Assembly: GCA_017431685.1 (NCBI GenBank)
Contig: JAFRKO010000009.1
Coordinates: forward strand, 152,286 to 216,285
Length of the DNA stretch: 64,000 nucleotides
Reading direction: 5' to 3'
From: Mogibacterium sp.
Lineage (GTDB): Bacteria > Bacillota > Clostridia > Peptostreptococcales > Anaerovoracaceae
Numbering within the stretch: position 1 is the stretch's first letter; each line of letters starts with the position of its first letter. Both the position numbers and the translations under genes were made by a program. Positions 1 to 9,557 of the stretch are shown here, piece after piece. The notes beneath the pieces are model-generated. The model saw nothing but the letters and a program-made list of their open reading frames with translations, was not told the origin of the DNA and searched no databases.

Positions 1-38
1 GGCATGTATTTCTCATTGTAGAATTTCTTGTTATCCAT
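1..38 (-). CDS. 5' end of an unidentified gene running off the left edge (MDNKKFYNEKYM...)
   Basis: ATG at 38 on the minus strand with a GGAGGG SD about 8 nt upstream. Only 12 codons are visible. Confidence 0.3.
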   Translation of the reverse strand, partial: MDNKKFYNEKYM

Positions 39-76
39 TTTTGTTCCCTCCAGATCAAATGTCAATCACGTACCCG

Positions 77-820
77 CTAAATCACAGCAGTTATTATCAT
101 AGCAACTATAATGGTGATCGTCAGTGCCCATTCCTTGAGCCAGCCGACTTCCTTCTTGGCTGCAACAGTGTTGAGTACATACATGATGACAGCTCCGAGT
201 ACACATGCAAGGCAGTTCCTCCATGAACCTGCGACGACTGCCGGATCAGCTGCCTGAGCAAGCTGATAAACCGGTTTGATCAGGTGGCTTGCGCACATTG
301 CTGAGAAGACACCGATGATGGCGCATGATGCGATCATTGTCATGGTTGCAGTATTTCCCTTTGCGACCTTAGCTTCGATCTTATCCATCTTATTTGCTGA
401 GAATGTGGCAAAGAGTACCCATCCGATTGAGCAGAGGATCATGGTCCATACTGCCATGCCCAGAGCTTCTGCAGTCATAGGATCCGTTCCGAGTGTCACA
501 CCTACCGCGGAAGTTCCGAGTCCTGCTGCGATCGATTCGAACATTACCGAACCGATCATCGAAAGCCTCATCCAGCCTACCGGAGCTCCTACTGTAACGA
601 GCAGCGAAAGCATTCCGCTGAGCACTACGATCGAAGGGCCGATTGATGTAACTGCGCTGCTTCTCATTGCGTTTTTCATCTGTGCATCAGTCAGTCCCAT
701 TTCCTTGCCGGCTTTGCGTGCTTCTCTGAGGAAGAGCACAGCCTGAACGACTACGAAACATACCGGTATAGCACATGCCAGCCACATTGCCGGGCTGTTT
801 GCGATACTCATGATATCCAT
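77..820 (-). CDS. polytopic membrane protein, DUF5058-like
   Basis: 247-aa ORF with a GGGAGG SD 8 nt upstream of the ATG. It has several hydrophobic segments. The family assignment is from memory of DUF5058 N-termini. Confidence 0.65.
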   Translation of the reverse strand: MDIMSIANSPAMWLACAIPVCFVVVQAVLFLREARKAGKEMGLTDAQMKNAMRSSAVTSIGPSIVVLSGMLSLLVTVGAPVGWMRLSMIGSVMFESIAAGLGTSAVGVTLGTDPMTAEALGMAVWTMILCSIGWVLFATFSANKMDKIEAKVAKGNTATMTMIASCAIIGVFSAMCASHLIKPVYQLAQAADPAVVAGSWRNCLACVLGAVIMYVLNTVAAKKEVGWLKEWALTITIIVAMIITAVI

Positions 821-980
821 AATAATTACCTCCCTATAAATAAAGACATTTTTCTTATCTATATTTTAGAGAGGTTGTGTATATAAAAATATGAATAAAT
901 TTTTCGTGTTATCTAAAAAATGAGTGTATTCAGTTATTATTTTTCATTTTCATCCTCAAAAAGTGAATATTTTTTTACCT

Positions 981-1184
981 TTACTCTTCATGCTGCGCGC
1001 AAAACTCCATATTAATATCACGGATCTCCTTCTTGCCGTCGATGTAATCCTGATACATCTCTGCAAGACCGGCAGCACAGCCATCGCATGATCCGTTTAT
1101 ATTACCGATAGATTCCGCAACTATCCGTTCGCGTTCTTCCATGGTAGTATCTTTAATCAGAATAGAACTCATGACATCACCCAT
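981..1184 (-). CDS. small hypothetical protein (67 aa, CDGC motif)
   Basis: ORF with a GAGGA SD, lying just downstream of corA on the same strand. No family recognised. Confidence 0.45.
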   Translation of the reverse strand: MGDVMSSILIKDTTMEERERIVAESIGNINGSCDGCAAGLAEMYQDYIDGKKEIRDINMEFCAQHEE

Positions 1185-1216
1185 TCAAAACTGTTCCTCT
1201 TGAAACAGCAAAAGCC

Positions 1217-2140
1217 CTACAGCCACTTCTTCTTTTTGAAAAACAGCAGGCAGCCTGCAGCAACAGCAATACTCACCGCAATAACGACAGGATATCCGAA
1301 GCGCCATTCCAGCTCAGGCATGTAGCGGAAGTTCATGCCATACCATCCGACTATGAGTGTCAGCGGCATGAAGATCGTGGTGACAACAGTGAGAAGAGTC
1401 ATTATCCTGTTTTGTCTCACCTCCAGCTGCGCATGATACAGGTCGCGCACCTGCATCGTGTAATCACGAAGTGAAGCAGCAGAATCGTGCCTTCGTGCCA
1501 AAAGATTCATAAACAGATGAATGTAACGCAGATTCTCTTCACTGAAGAATCCGTTCTCATTCTCCTCCAGCTCCTGTGTCATATCAATGATCTGCTCATA
1601 GTGTATCAGCAACTTGCGGATATCGCTGTGGATCTCATTGACTCTTCCGAGGTTTTCAGGTTCCATGGTGTTCAGTATTGTATCTTCGATACGGTTCAGC
1701 TCGGCCTCATAGCGTTCCAGTACCCGCAGATCATCTTCCACTATCTGTTCAAGAAAATCATACAGAAAGCGCTCCAGGCTCGGCTTCCGCCAGCGCTTTG
1801 TACGCCTGATCGCATTGATCATACTCTCTGCCTTGCCACTGTCATCAATAAAGACAATGCCCTTTTCATCAAGCGCAAACGCAAAGCGGTAATCCTTCGA
1901 TTCGATATTCTCACGGTCAGGAATCCGGAAAGTCCCTGTAAGTGAGTCATAGTTGACCTCTGCCTTTGTGTTGTGAATGTCCCCGGCATCCAGATCCAGC
2001 TCGATCCCCATGTCATATTTATCCTGATCCTGTGCCCATTCCGACGTTGTAAGAACAGCTACGTATTGATTGCCCGTCTGGGCAAAAAGTTCTTCCTCTG
2101 TGCAGGGCTGTACAGTATCTGTCAGAAGATAATAACTCAT
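1217..2140 (-). CDS. corA: CorA-family magnesium/cobalt transporter
   Basis: YGMNF (GMN) signature followed by two C-terminal TM helices. I chose the start at MSYYLL (ATG 2140) because a GGGG SD precedes it; the track ORF extends to 2203. Confidence 0.9.
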   Translation of the reverse strand: MSYYLLTDTVQPCTEEELFAQTGNQYVAVLTTSEWAQDQDKYDMGIELDLDAGDIHNTKAEVNYDSLTGTFRIPDRENIESKDYRFAFALDEKGIVFIDDSGKAESMINAIRRTKRWRKPSLERFLYDFLEQIVEDDLRVLERYEAELNRIEDTILNTMEPENLGRVNEIHSDIRKLLIHYEQIIDMTQELEENENGFFSEENLRYIHLFMNLLARRHDSAASLRDYTMQVRDLYHAQLEVRQNRIMTLLTVVTTIFMPLTLIVGWYGMNFRYMPELEWRFGYPVVIAVSIAVAAGCLLFFKKKKWL

Positions 2141-2384
2141 AAAGTTACCCCTTTTTATCATGTCTTTTTGTACTATCCATATTATTATACACGAAAGAGG
2201 CAAGAGAAGGAGACAGAGAACCTCTGTCCCCTGGCTCCTCTGTTTCCCTCGGAAAAAGCATTATTTATCAGTGTTTTTCATTAAATCCTTGTCATTTCCA
2301 GACTGATATGTTAAGTGTTAACAGTGTATTTATTGTAAATTGTTAACCACTTATTATAGATTGAAAGCAGTATCGGAGAAGCCC

Positions 2385-3578
2385 ATGGATATTTTTGCCA
2401 AATGCTACGATATATCAATAGTTGACGAAATACGCGAGAAGGGTATATACCCGTATTTCCACGCCCTCGAATCCAGACAGGCCACCGAAGTCATAATGGA
2501 GGGCAAGCGCCGCATTATGCTCGGCTCCAATAATTATCTTGGACTGACATCGCATCCTGAAGTTATAAAAGCTGGAATCCGGGCTTATCAGGAATACGGT
2601 TCAGGCTGCTCCGGTTCGCGTTTTCTGAACGGTACTTTAAATCTGCATCTGCAGCTTGAAAAAGAACTGGCTGAATTCCTGCGAAAAGAAGCTGTAATGA
2701 CCTTTTCCACCGGTTTCCAGTCCAATCTCGGTATCATAAGCGCGATAGCCGGCCGCAATGATTACATAATCATGGACAGGGAAAACCATGCCAGTCTGTA
2801 CGATGCATGCCGTCTCTCTTTCGGAAAGATGCTTCGTTTCCGTCACAGCGACATGGAAGACCTGGAGCGTAAACTTAATAAAGTCCCGAAAAACGCAGGA
2901 TGCCTGATAGTTACTGACGGTGTCTTCTCCATGGGCGGCGACATTGCTGATCTGCCTGAGATCTGCATACTGGCAAAACAGTACGGTGCGCGTGTAATGG
3001 TAGATGACGCCCATGGCCTCGGCGTGATCGGTGAAGGGGGACGCGGAACGGCCAGTTATTACGGTCTGGAAGATGACGTGGATATATATATGGGAACCTT
3101 TTCTAAATCTCTGGCATCCCTGGGAGGATATATGGCAGCGTCCAGCCGTGTTGTCGAATATGTGAAGCATTCCTCGAGGCCATTTATATTCTCTGCATCA
3201 ATAACTCCTGCCAACTGTGCTTCAGCTCTGGCCGCTCTGAGGATCCTGAAAGAACACCCTGAACTTCCGGAGGCCCTTCAGAGCAAGGCTCTTTTCATGC
3301 GAAAAGAACTGCATAAGTCCAATATCCGGATGAAGGAATCCAATGGAGAAAGGATCCCTATCATTCCGATCTATACGTATAAGCCGTTTACTACACTGGC
3401 CATCGCTAAAGAGCTGTACGACCGCGGTGTTTACGTAAATCCTTCTTTGCCTCCTGCTACAGCGCCGGATGAATGCCTTCTGAGAACAAGTCTGATGGTA
3501 ACACATACAGAGGAGCAGATAGAAGAGGCAGTCGCCATCATCGCGGAAGTGCTCCATAAACACAAAATCGGTATTTAA
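2385..3578 (+). CDS. PLP-dependent alpha-oxoamine synthase, serine palmitoyltransferase-like (BioF/KBL/SPT family)
   Basis: Motifs GSNNYLGLT, SGSRFLNGT, DDAHG and TFSKSL (the PLP lysine). The ATG at 2385 has a GGAGAA SD; the track start at 2340 is a TTG. Confidence 0.85.
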   Translation: MDIFAKCYDISIVDEIREKGIYPYFHALESRQATEVIMEGKRRIMLGSNNYLGLTSHPEVIKAGIRAYQEYGSGCSGSRFLNGTLNLHLQLEKELAEFLRKEAVMTFSTGFQSNLGIISAIAGRNDYIIMDRENHASLYDACRLSFGKMLRFRHSDMEDLERKLNKVPKNAGCLIVTDGVFSMGGDIADLPEICILAKQYGARVMVDDAHGLGVIGEGGRGTASYYGLEDDVDIYMGTFSKSLASLGGYMAASSRVVEYVKHSSRPFIFSASITPANCASALAALRILKEHPELPEALQSKALFMRKELHKSNIRMKESNGERIPIIPIYTYKPFTTLAIAKELYDRGVYVNPSLPPATAPDECLLRTSLMVTHTEEQIEEAVAIIAEVLHKHKIGI

Positions 3579-3585
3579 TGAAATT

Positions 3586-3620
3586 GCCCCGGTTTCATTC
3601 CCGGGGCATCTTTATTATTT
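3586..3620. terminator. bidirectional rho-independent terminator
   Basis: GCCCCGG-8 nt-CCGGGGC hairpin followed by a T-rich tract, between convergent genes. Confidence 0.6.
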
Positions 3621-4497
3621 ATAAGTCAAAAATACTTATCTGAAATTTTTTCTCCGGTAATTCCCTCATATATCTGAAGCATACTTCCGGATCAGACATC
3701 ATTCTGTTTTCCTTACAGATTCTTTTATAAATCTCTGTCAGTTCTTTTGCTTTCGGACTTGGCAGTTCATATGAATTCCCGTATGTGCGAATATACCGGT
3801 GCTTCAGCCCGGGGAAGTACTTATCCAGTGCTGCGTAATAGTATTCCCTGTCTCCGTCCCTGAGAGTAAGTCCCATCCCAAAGTCAATGATGCCTTTTAC
3901 TCCGGCTCTGACACATTCGTTCATTATGGATGTGATGTTCTCTTCTGTATCGTTAATAAAAGGCAGGATCGGAGTAAGCCACACGATTGTCGGGATGCCT
4001 CTTTCCTGCATTACCTTAAGCACCTCTATACGGCGCTTAGTATTGCATACATTTGGTTCAAGAATGCGGCACAGGTCATCATCGTAGGTAGTAAGCGTGA
4101 TCTGCACTACACACTTCGCAGTCCGGTTTATTTCATCAAGGAGATCAACATCCTGAAGGATACGATCAGACTTAGTCTGGATTGCCGCACCGAATCCATA
4201 CCTTTTGATTATCTCGAGACATTTTCTTGTAAGGCGCAGATCTTCTTCACAGTGCATATATGGATCTGACATTGCGCCGGTGCCGATCATGCACCGCTTC
4301 CTCTTGGATCTCAGAGTTTTCTCCAGAAGCTCCGGTGCGTTACGCTTTACTTCAATGTCCTCAAACGGATGCGTAAACTGATAGCACTTGCTTCTGCTGT
4401 CACAATAAATACAGCCATGGGAGCATCCACGGTATATATTCATCCCATAATATCCGCTCTTCCCGGTCAGTAATCCTTTAGCGTCAACAAAATGCAT
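3619..4497 (-). CDS. radical SAM protein, SPL/DNA-photolyase-like family
   Basis: CSHGCIYC (CxxxCxxC) cluster near the N-terminus. Overall similarity to the SPL-family radical SAM pattern. Confidence 0.8.
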   Translation of the reverse strand: MHFVDAKGLLTGKSGYYGMNIYRGCSHGCIYCDSRSKCYQFTHPFEDIEVKRNAPELLEKTLRSKRKRCMIGTGAMSDPYMHCEEDLRLTRKCLEIIKRYGFGAAIQTKSDRILQDVDLLDEINRTAKCVVQITLTTYDDDLCRILEPNVCNTKRRIEVLKVMQERGIPTIVWLTPILPFINDTEENITSIMNECVRAGVKGIIDFGMGLTLRDGDREYYYAALDKYFPGLKHRYIRTYGNSYELPSPKAKELTEIYKRICKENRMMSDPEVCFRYMRELPEKKFQISIFDL

Positions 4498-4518
4498 AAT
4501 CTGTCCAAGTTGGTCATA

Positions 4519-5385
4519 TTATTGCCAGGTTTTGAGTTCTCCGAGGCAGTCTCCGTTCAGATAAACATATGGTCCCGGATCCCCCTCACCGCCATAATAC
4601 TCATTCCTGTTCGCAAGCAAACTGAAAAGCTGATCCGTATCGCTTACAAGTGTTGCCTGATACGGCTGCTCGAATGCGAGCTTTTCCACGAACAGATAGA
4701 TGTCACCGGCCAGCTTTACAAGTATTCCCGTATGGCCTGTAAAGGTTTGATTAAAATCAGGGTCATATACAACGATGCTTACAAGTGAGACGTTTTCATT
4801 GCTGATGCTGAAGCCGTATTCGCTCCAGATGTTCCCGAAGACTTCCGAAGGATCTTCATTTTCTCCCGGAGTCCTGTCCCCAAACAGTGTTGTGAACAGA
4901 TCAAGATTCTTTCTTATTACCTCATATCTGTCAGCGCTTTCAATGGCATCGACATCGAACATTAAATAAGTTCCGGTGTAATCGCTGTCAGTCTTCTCCG
5001 CTGTGATGATCCCGTCAAGCAGCAGCATTGCAGTCATCCTGCAGTCGGCATCAGAAAAGTCATGCTGTTTTTCCCAGCCATCTGCACACGCTGCAAGATC
5101 CGGAGTATTCGCTCCGGGCTGCATCCACTTATCTGAGAGTTTGGCTCCATCACCTGCAGATCCTGCAAAATCCAGGACCCAGTCATTGAACGTTACTACA
5201 TTGGACAGGCCAGCTGCATTCAGGTCGTCACATACCTCTGCTGACGTCTGACTGCCTGCCATGTTGGTAACAGCCGGCATAACAGCGCGTGCATCAGTAG
5301 TGTCATCGACATTATCCGCACTGCAGCCTGACAGAGCCGAAAGTGTTAAGCAAATTATAAGTAACAGTACAATGATTTTCTTCAT
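4519..5385 (-). CDS. lipoprotein of unknown function
   Basis: MKKIIVLLLIICLTLSALSGC signal peptide with a lipobox. Confidence 0.7.
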   Translation of the reverse strand: MKKIIVLLLIICLTLSALSGCSADNVDDTTDARAVMPAVTNMAGSQTSAEVCDDLNAAGLSNVVTFNDWVLDFAGSAGDGAKLSDKWMQPGANTPDLAACADGWEKQHDFSDADCRMTAMLLLDGIITAEKTDSDYTGTYLMFDVDAIESADRYEVIRKNLDLFTTLFGDRTPGENEDPSEVFGNIWSEYGFSISNENVSLVSIVVYDPDFNQTFTGHTGILVKLAGDIYLFVEKLAFEQPYQATLVSDTDQLFSLLANRNEYYGGEGDPGPYVYLNGDCLGELKTWQ

Positions 5386-5498
5386 CAGAATTACCAGCTT
5401 TTATCTCTGAAAGCGAAGACATATATCCTTACAACAAGGAGATGAGCACATATACCCTGTCCTCGATGATTCTTCAGCATATACTTCGCATTTAGCTA

Positions 5499-6323
5499 TC
5501 ATATTATTGTTTTCAGATAAGACACCCCGCTGATCACCCATTCATCTTCAATGCTCAGAGTCTCTTCCAGAGTCTCACACGGTTCCATCCATGATTCAAG
5601 GATAATATTGAAGCTTCTGTTTGATTTAATTCTGCACTCCTTATAACATCCGGGAACATCCAGCCTGCCCGTTCCCAGACTTGCTCCTGTGATTTTGAGA
5701 CCGCCTCCGCCATTGTATCTTCTTATCACATAGTCTTTCATGTGCAGGCAGACACAATAAGGTGCCATATATTTCAGAACTTCATCAAGGTTCTCTTCAT
5801 GCGATAAGGAATTCACGGTATCAATAGTCAGCCCTACCTGAGGATGATCTATCATTTCAACCATCTTCGCATATTCACGTGCACTGAATCTGTCGTGGTT
5901 TTCTATGCCCAGAACTACTCCGCTTTCCTCAAGCTGCGGGATCACAGATACCAATATCCGGCAGATATCATTAAGCTCCGGTGTAAAACCGATTCCGTCT
6001 GTAATGACGCGAAGAACGCGTCCACCTATTTTATGTGTAATGCGTATATAGTCGGATAATCTTTCCGATGTCGACTTACGCATCCCGGCTTCAAGCTCAA
6101 TGCCACACCTCTCCGCATGGATACGAATCTGCTCCAGCTCCTCATCGGAATATACCTCGAGAGGCATATTGTCCCCGAACTGTACAACATCAGCGCCAAG
6201 AGTGACGGCTTTATCGATAAGGTCATGTGTGGTCATAATGTGCTGCGGCTTTGTGAATGGTCTGGAGCCGCAGGCGAAACAGTATGCGAAAGAGCTGATA
6301 CCTATTCTATGTGTTACTGCCAT
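5499..6323 (-). CDS. sugar phosphate isomerase/epimerase (xylose isomerase-like TIM barrel)
   Basis: Family-like pattern (GADVVQFGDN..., IENH, H-x-KD). I chose the start at the second ATG (6323) because the GGGAGA SD spacing fits it better than 6329. Confidence 0.7.
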   Translation of the reverse strand: MAVTHRIGISSFAYCFACGSRPFTKPQHIMTTHDLIDKAVTLGADVVQFGDNMPLEVYSDEELEQIRIHAERCGIELEAGMRKSTSERLSDYIRITHKIGGRVLRVITDGIGFTPELNDICRILVSVIPQLEESGVVLGIENHDRFSAREYAKMVEMIDHPQVGLTIDTVNSLSHEENLDEVLKYMAPYCVCLHMKDYVIRRYNGGGGLKITGASLGTGRLDVPGCYKECRIKSNRSFNIILESWMEPCETLEETLSIEDEWVISGVSYLKTII

Positions 6324-6381
6324 CGGCATTCTCCCTTTGCTTTTTAAATGTTGTGAAAAGTATTCGGATTATGAATGAGTA

Positions 6382-6939
6382 CTATTTATTATCCCTGACA
6401 TGCTCAAGTATCATGTTGAGTGCATTGTCGGGATGCTCATTTATATATGTAAGTATCTCCTCATATATCATTTCCTCTGTAACTTCTTCCAGATTGTTGA
6501 TATACTTCTGTCCCTCTTCATCATCAAAATACGTTGTGGAATTGGCAATACCGATCTCTTCCATTATGGATATCAGTTTATTGCCTGTCTCTTCATCAAG
6601 AGCTTTCCAGTCCATAAGAAGATGCGTAAAGTCGTACGCATTGAGTGGTTTGTCTGGCTTGGTGTAAGGAGCGCATTCATAATCTATTACCGTCTCAATA
6701 TAATCTTCATATGCTCTCGGCAAGTCATTCTCCAGATGATGCGGTTGGGTCTTAACATGCATCTCCTGCGCAGACTTCTGGTCCATGAAGAGATACATTA
6801 TCATTTTGTCCATGTCATGGACAGCCGCACGCCTGAGCATTTCCTCTTTCAGCTCCGGCTCCCGGATGTATTTGTGCACGCAGTATTCAAAGGCTCTTCT
6901 GTGTCTGTATGTGTAGATGCACCATTTCAGGTTTTTCAT
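6382..6939 (-). CDS. hypothetical protein with an HDxDK-type motif (DUF5662-like?)
   Basis: 185-aa ORF with an AAGGA SD. It contains AVHDMDK and HH motifs. Family uncertain. Confidence 0.5.
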   Translation of the reverse strand: MKNLKWCIYTYRHRRAFEYCVHKYIREPELKEEMLRRAAVHDMDKMIMYLFMDQKSAQEMHVKTQPHHLENDLPRAYEDYIETVIDYECAPYTKPDKPLNAYDFTHLLMDWKALDEETGNKLISIMEEIGIANSTTYFDDEEGQKYINNLEEVTEEMIYEEILTYINEHPDNALNMILEHVRDNK

Positions 6940-6952
6940 TCGTATTCCTTCT

Positions 6953-7594
6953 TTATTCGAGATACATTTTTCTCATTCTTGCGATCTCTTCTTCGGATAC
7001 ACCGAGTCCCTCGGTCAGGAACCCCCTGAAGTCTCCGTATTTATGCTCAATACAGTCAAATGAGGCATCGAGATATTCTCTCCTTGCACTGAACATATAT
7101 CTTAGAGCACTTTCTGTGATTTTATCACCGCTGCCGGTCATTTTGAAAAACATGCCGACCATTCTGTTGATATCATCCTCTATATAATCATTTGTCTTCA
7201 GATAGTTCTGAATTATAGTTTCTCTGTCAACGCCAAGCATTTCCAGCACAATGGCAGCAGCAAATCCTGCTCTGTCCTTACCCGCAGTACAGTGCCAGAG
7301 AATTGCCTTTTCCCTGCCCTCCAGCAGTAAATCTACAAATTGTCTGTACCCTTTCAGAGCTGACTCAGATGTCACAAAGTCCTCATATGTCCTGCACATA
7401 TACCTGAGAGCTCCATCAGGATCATTGGCCAGCATCATAAAGGCTTCTTCGTCAGATTTCTGATCTCTGCTTACTCCTGCAGCAAGATCTTCGATTACAG
7501 GGATATGAAAGCTTTCTACGCCCTCGATATCAGGATCCGGTGATTCGCTTTTCTCATTGTCGCTTCGAAAATCCACTACAGCAGAAACGCACAA
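6953..7594 (-). CDS. protein tyrosine/serine phosphatase family (CX5R), apparently 5'-truncated
   Basis: HCTAGKDRAG active-site loop. The ORF opens at a TTG inside the conserved V-x-D-x-RS region and lacks the usual N-terminal ~50-60 aa (NFRDLGG region). Confidence 0.6.
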   Translation of the reverse strand: MCVSAVVDFRSDNEKSESPDPDIEGVESFHIPVIEDLAAGVSRDQKSDEEAFMMLANDPDGALRYMCRTYEDFVTSESALKGYRQFVDLLLEGREKAILWHCTAGKDRAGFAAAIVLEMLGVDRETIIQNYLKTNDYIEDDINRMVGMFFKMTGSGDKITESALRYMFSARREYLDASFDCIEHKYGDFRGFLTEGLGVSEEEIARMRKMYLE

Positions 7595-7682
7595 ATTCTC
7601 CCCAAATACCGTTTCATGAAAATGTCCTCCCCTTTTTTACAATTCGATTTGTCGTTTTGATAACAATAATTACATGGTTAGA

Positions 7683-8003
7683 TTATACAGCTTTTTTCTT
7701 TTTCTTTTCCGGCAGCTCTTCCCACATGCTCCGAACCAGCTCGCAAAGAAACTCCCGGTCATCCACATCATCTACCAGGATCATTTCTTTCGCCCCCTCA
7801 TATGGAAGCTCCATAGTTGCACGCGGCATACGTTTCACCGCTGTTGGAACAGGTTTTACCAGCAAGCGATCATCGTATATCCCACCGAACACTCTTCCGC
7901 GATAGTATAGAATGTATTCACCCATCATTGCCCTGAAATTTACTTCATCAAGATCTGACAACTGTTCAAGGATAAATACCAGGTATTCTTTCGTTGATGC
8001 CAT
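7683..8003 (-). CDS. TfoX/Sxy N-terminal domain protein
   Basis: MASTKEYLVFILEQL...MMGEYILYYRGRVFGGIYDDRLLVK pattern. AGGAGG SD. Confidence 0.8.
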   Translation of the reverse strand: MASTKEYLVFILEQLSDLDEVNFRAMMGEYILYYRGRVFGGIYDDRLLVKPVPTAVKRMPRATMELPYEGAKEMILVDDVDDREFLCELVRSMWEELPEKKKKKAV

Positions 8004-8012
8004 ATAAGCCTC

Positions 8013-8759
8013 CTATGCATTCACGAGCTTCAGAAACTTTTTATCGTTCATCTGTTCATTCGTAATGTAATCTCCGTCATGGAACAGCGCATAATTTGTG
8101 ACCGGAGTCGGCGCATTCTGCGCTTCCTCTCTGCTTTCGATATGGATTGCAAGAAATGGTATATCATTCTCTTTAGCGGTCTGCTTCAACACCGGAACAT
8201 ACTTCGCATTGAACGGGCACTGACTGGTGTAATACAGCACATATCCTTTTTCCTCTATGCGAGGATGCTTTGCGCATTCCCTGAAATGAGGCTTGTCTGC
8301 ATCCGTCACAAATGGCAAGTACCACAACTGAATGCCATTGTCCGCCTCATCGCATACGGTAAATCCCTTATGTTTAAGGAACTTAGGATCAGCAAGGAAA
8401 GGCTTCTTCTTAGCCGACGCCAGAATACACAGTCCTTTCTTCCCTTTTTCTTTACTATCTTCAATACAGGTGTTCAGTAAGTCTGTAGAATAACCATGAC
8501 CTTTGAAGGAGCCGGACACCCACAGGCAATCAATATACATATAACTATCAGCATTTATCGGCACCCATGCATTCTCAGCCGGGATATATTCAATAAAGCA
8601 CTTTCCACGCTCCACACTTTTAAGGAAGACAAGCCCCTCTTCAAATCTGTCGGCCAGCCATGCCTTCTTTGAAGAAACCTGAACATCATTATTATTGGAA
8701 ATGGCACAGCAGATGTGTTCCTTTTCCAGATTATCCTTTGTAACTCTGATGTACTCCAT
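8013..8759 (-). CDS. GNAT N-acetyltransferase with a YoaP-like C-terminal domain
   Basis: The N-terminal half matches the GNAT pattern (CLWVSGSFKGHGYS). The C-terminal half is YoaP-like (YYTSQCPF). Confidence 0.75.
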   Translation of the reverse strand: MEYIRVTKDNLEKEHICCAISNNNDVQVSSKKAWLADRFEEGLVFLKSVERGKCFIEYIPAENAWVPINADSYMYIDCLWVSGSFKGHGYSTDLLNTCIEDSKEKGKKGLCILASAKKKPFLADPKFLKHKGFTVCDEADNGIQLWYLPFVTDADKPHFRECAKHPRIEEKGYVLYYTSQCPFNAKYVPVLKQTAKENDIPFLAIHIESREEAQNAPTPVTNYALFHDGDYITNEQMNDKKFLKLVNA

Positions 8760-9402
8760 AAGATCAAATCTCCTTCAGTTTTATCGGATGCCGAATCACA
8801 GTCCTCAGCTTCTCCGGTGCAACCTTTCGTGCATCGCTCAGATAAATCTCGTGATGAAGCCTCTGTTCCGTGATATCAAGATCATATCCCTGCTCTTCCA
8901 TAAACCTGTGCATCGCCTCTACCGTGGCAGGCTCATCATCATAAGCCCCGACATGCATACACTGTACACACAGTCCTTCATCATAAGTAAAGAACTCGGT
9001 CTTTGAAAAATCCTGCTTCTTCTTTGCCGTGGCTTCGCTGACAGCCCAGTCGAAATCTTCTTTCACAACAAAATCAGGCAGACGGATGACCGAGATCCAC
9101 CGGAAAGAATCCTTATTGGAATAATCAACGCCAATCACGCCATCCTGCCACCAGAAGCCTTCCAGTGGCGGCACTACATAATCAAAGTATCCATCAATCT
9201 GATGATTACCCTTCTTGCTCATCTTGATCGTATAAGCAATACCATAAAGAAGGCCTATCGACTGCTTGTACTCCCCGTCCTCATCGTTAGGATTCCCGCT
9301 TCCCCTAACCGCAATATAATTCATTTTCGGGACGGTCACTATGGAAGGCGTCCCCCCAGGTATATAGAACTCTTTGTATTCCTTCTTGAAATCAAATGAC
9401 AT
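8712..9402. repeat. diverged segmental duplicate, copy A (GyrI-like gene plus the first ~50 nt of the GNAT gene)
   Basis: Aligns by eye with 19846-20538 at roughly 80-85 percent nucleotide identity. Confidence 0.7.
8764..9402 (-). CDS. GyrI-like small-molecule-binding domain protein (paralog A)
   Basis: MSFDFKKEYKEFY...AVRGSGNPND pattern. About 90 percent aa identity to the ORF at 19906-20538. Confidence 0.85.
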   Translation of the reverse strand: MSFDFKKEYKEFYIPGGTPSIVTVPKMNYIAVRGSGNPNDEDGEYKQSIGLLYGIAYTIKMSKKGNHQIDGYFDYVVPPLEGFWWQDGVIGVDYSNKDSFRWISVIRLPDFVVKEDFDWAVSEATAKKKQDFSKTEFFTYDEGLCVQCMHVGAYDDEPATVEAMHRFMEEQGYDLDITEQRLHHEIYLSDARKVAPEKLRTVIRHPIKLKEI

Positions 9403-9407
9403 AGCTA

Positions 9408-9557
9408 CTAATTCCCTATATAAATCTGCAATGTTTCTTCTGCATTCCTGCGGATAATGTCCTGTGCTTCTGACGGTTCCAGCACCGCTGCCTTTGCTCC
9501 AAAGGTCAAAAGCCAGGTTACAAGGTTTTCCATATGTGTGTCATTTCCCTTATCCAC
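9408..9557 (-). pseudogene. 3' fragment of a WYL/YafY-family regulator (C-terminal WCX region only)
   Basis: The minus-strand translation ...ENLVTWLLTFGAKAAVLEPSEAQDIIRRNAEETLQIY* aligns with the C-terminus of the intact WYL regulator at 21076-21993 (LLAWMLSCRDKVTVLEPERIRERL). The fragment begins immediately after the peptidase stop codon. Confidence 0.6.

Noticed and set aside
2340-2384. Upstream TTG start giving a 412-aa alpha-oxoamine synthase
   Set aside because: The ATG at 2385 has a GGAGAA SD at proper spacing, and the extra 15 residues have no counterpart in the family.
6400-7029. 209-aa plus-strand ORF
   Set aside because: It is antisense to two minus-strand genes and spans their intergenic gap. 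Its hydrophobic, low-complexity sequence is typical of AT-rich antisense frames.
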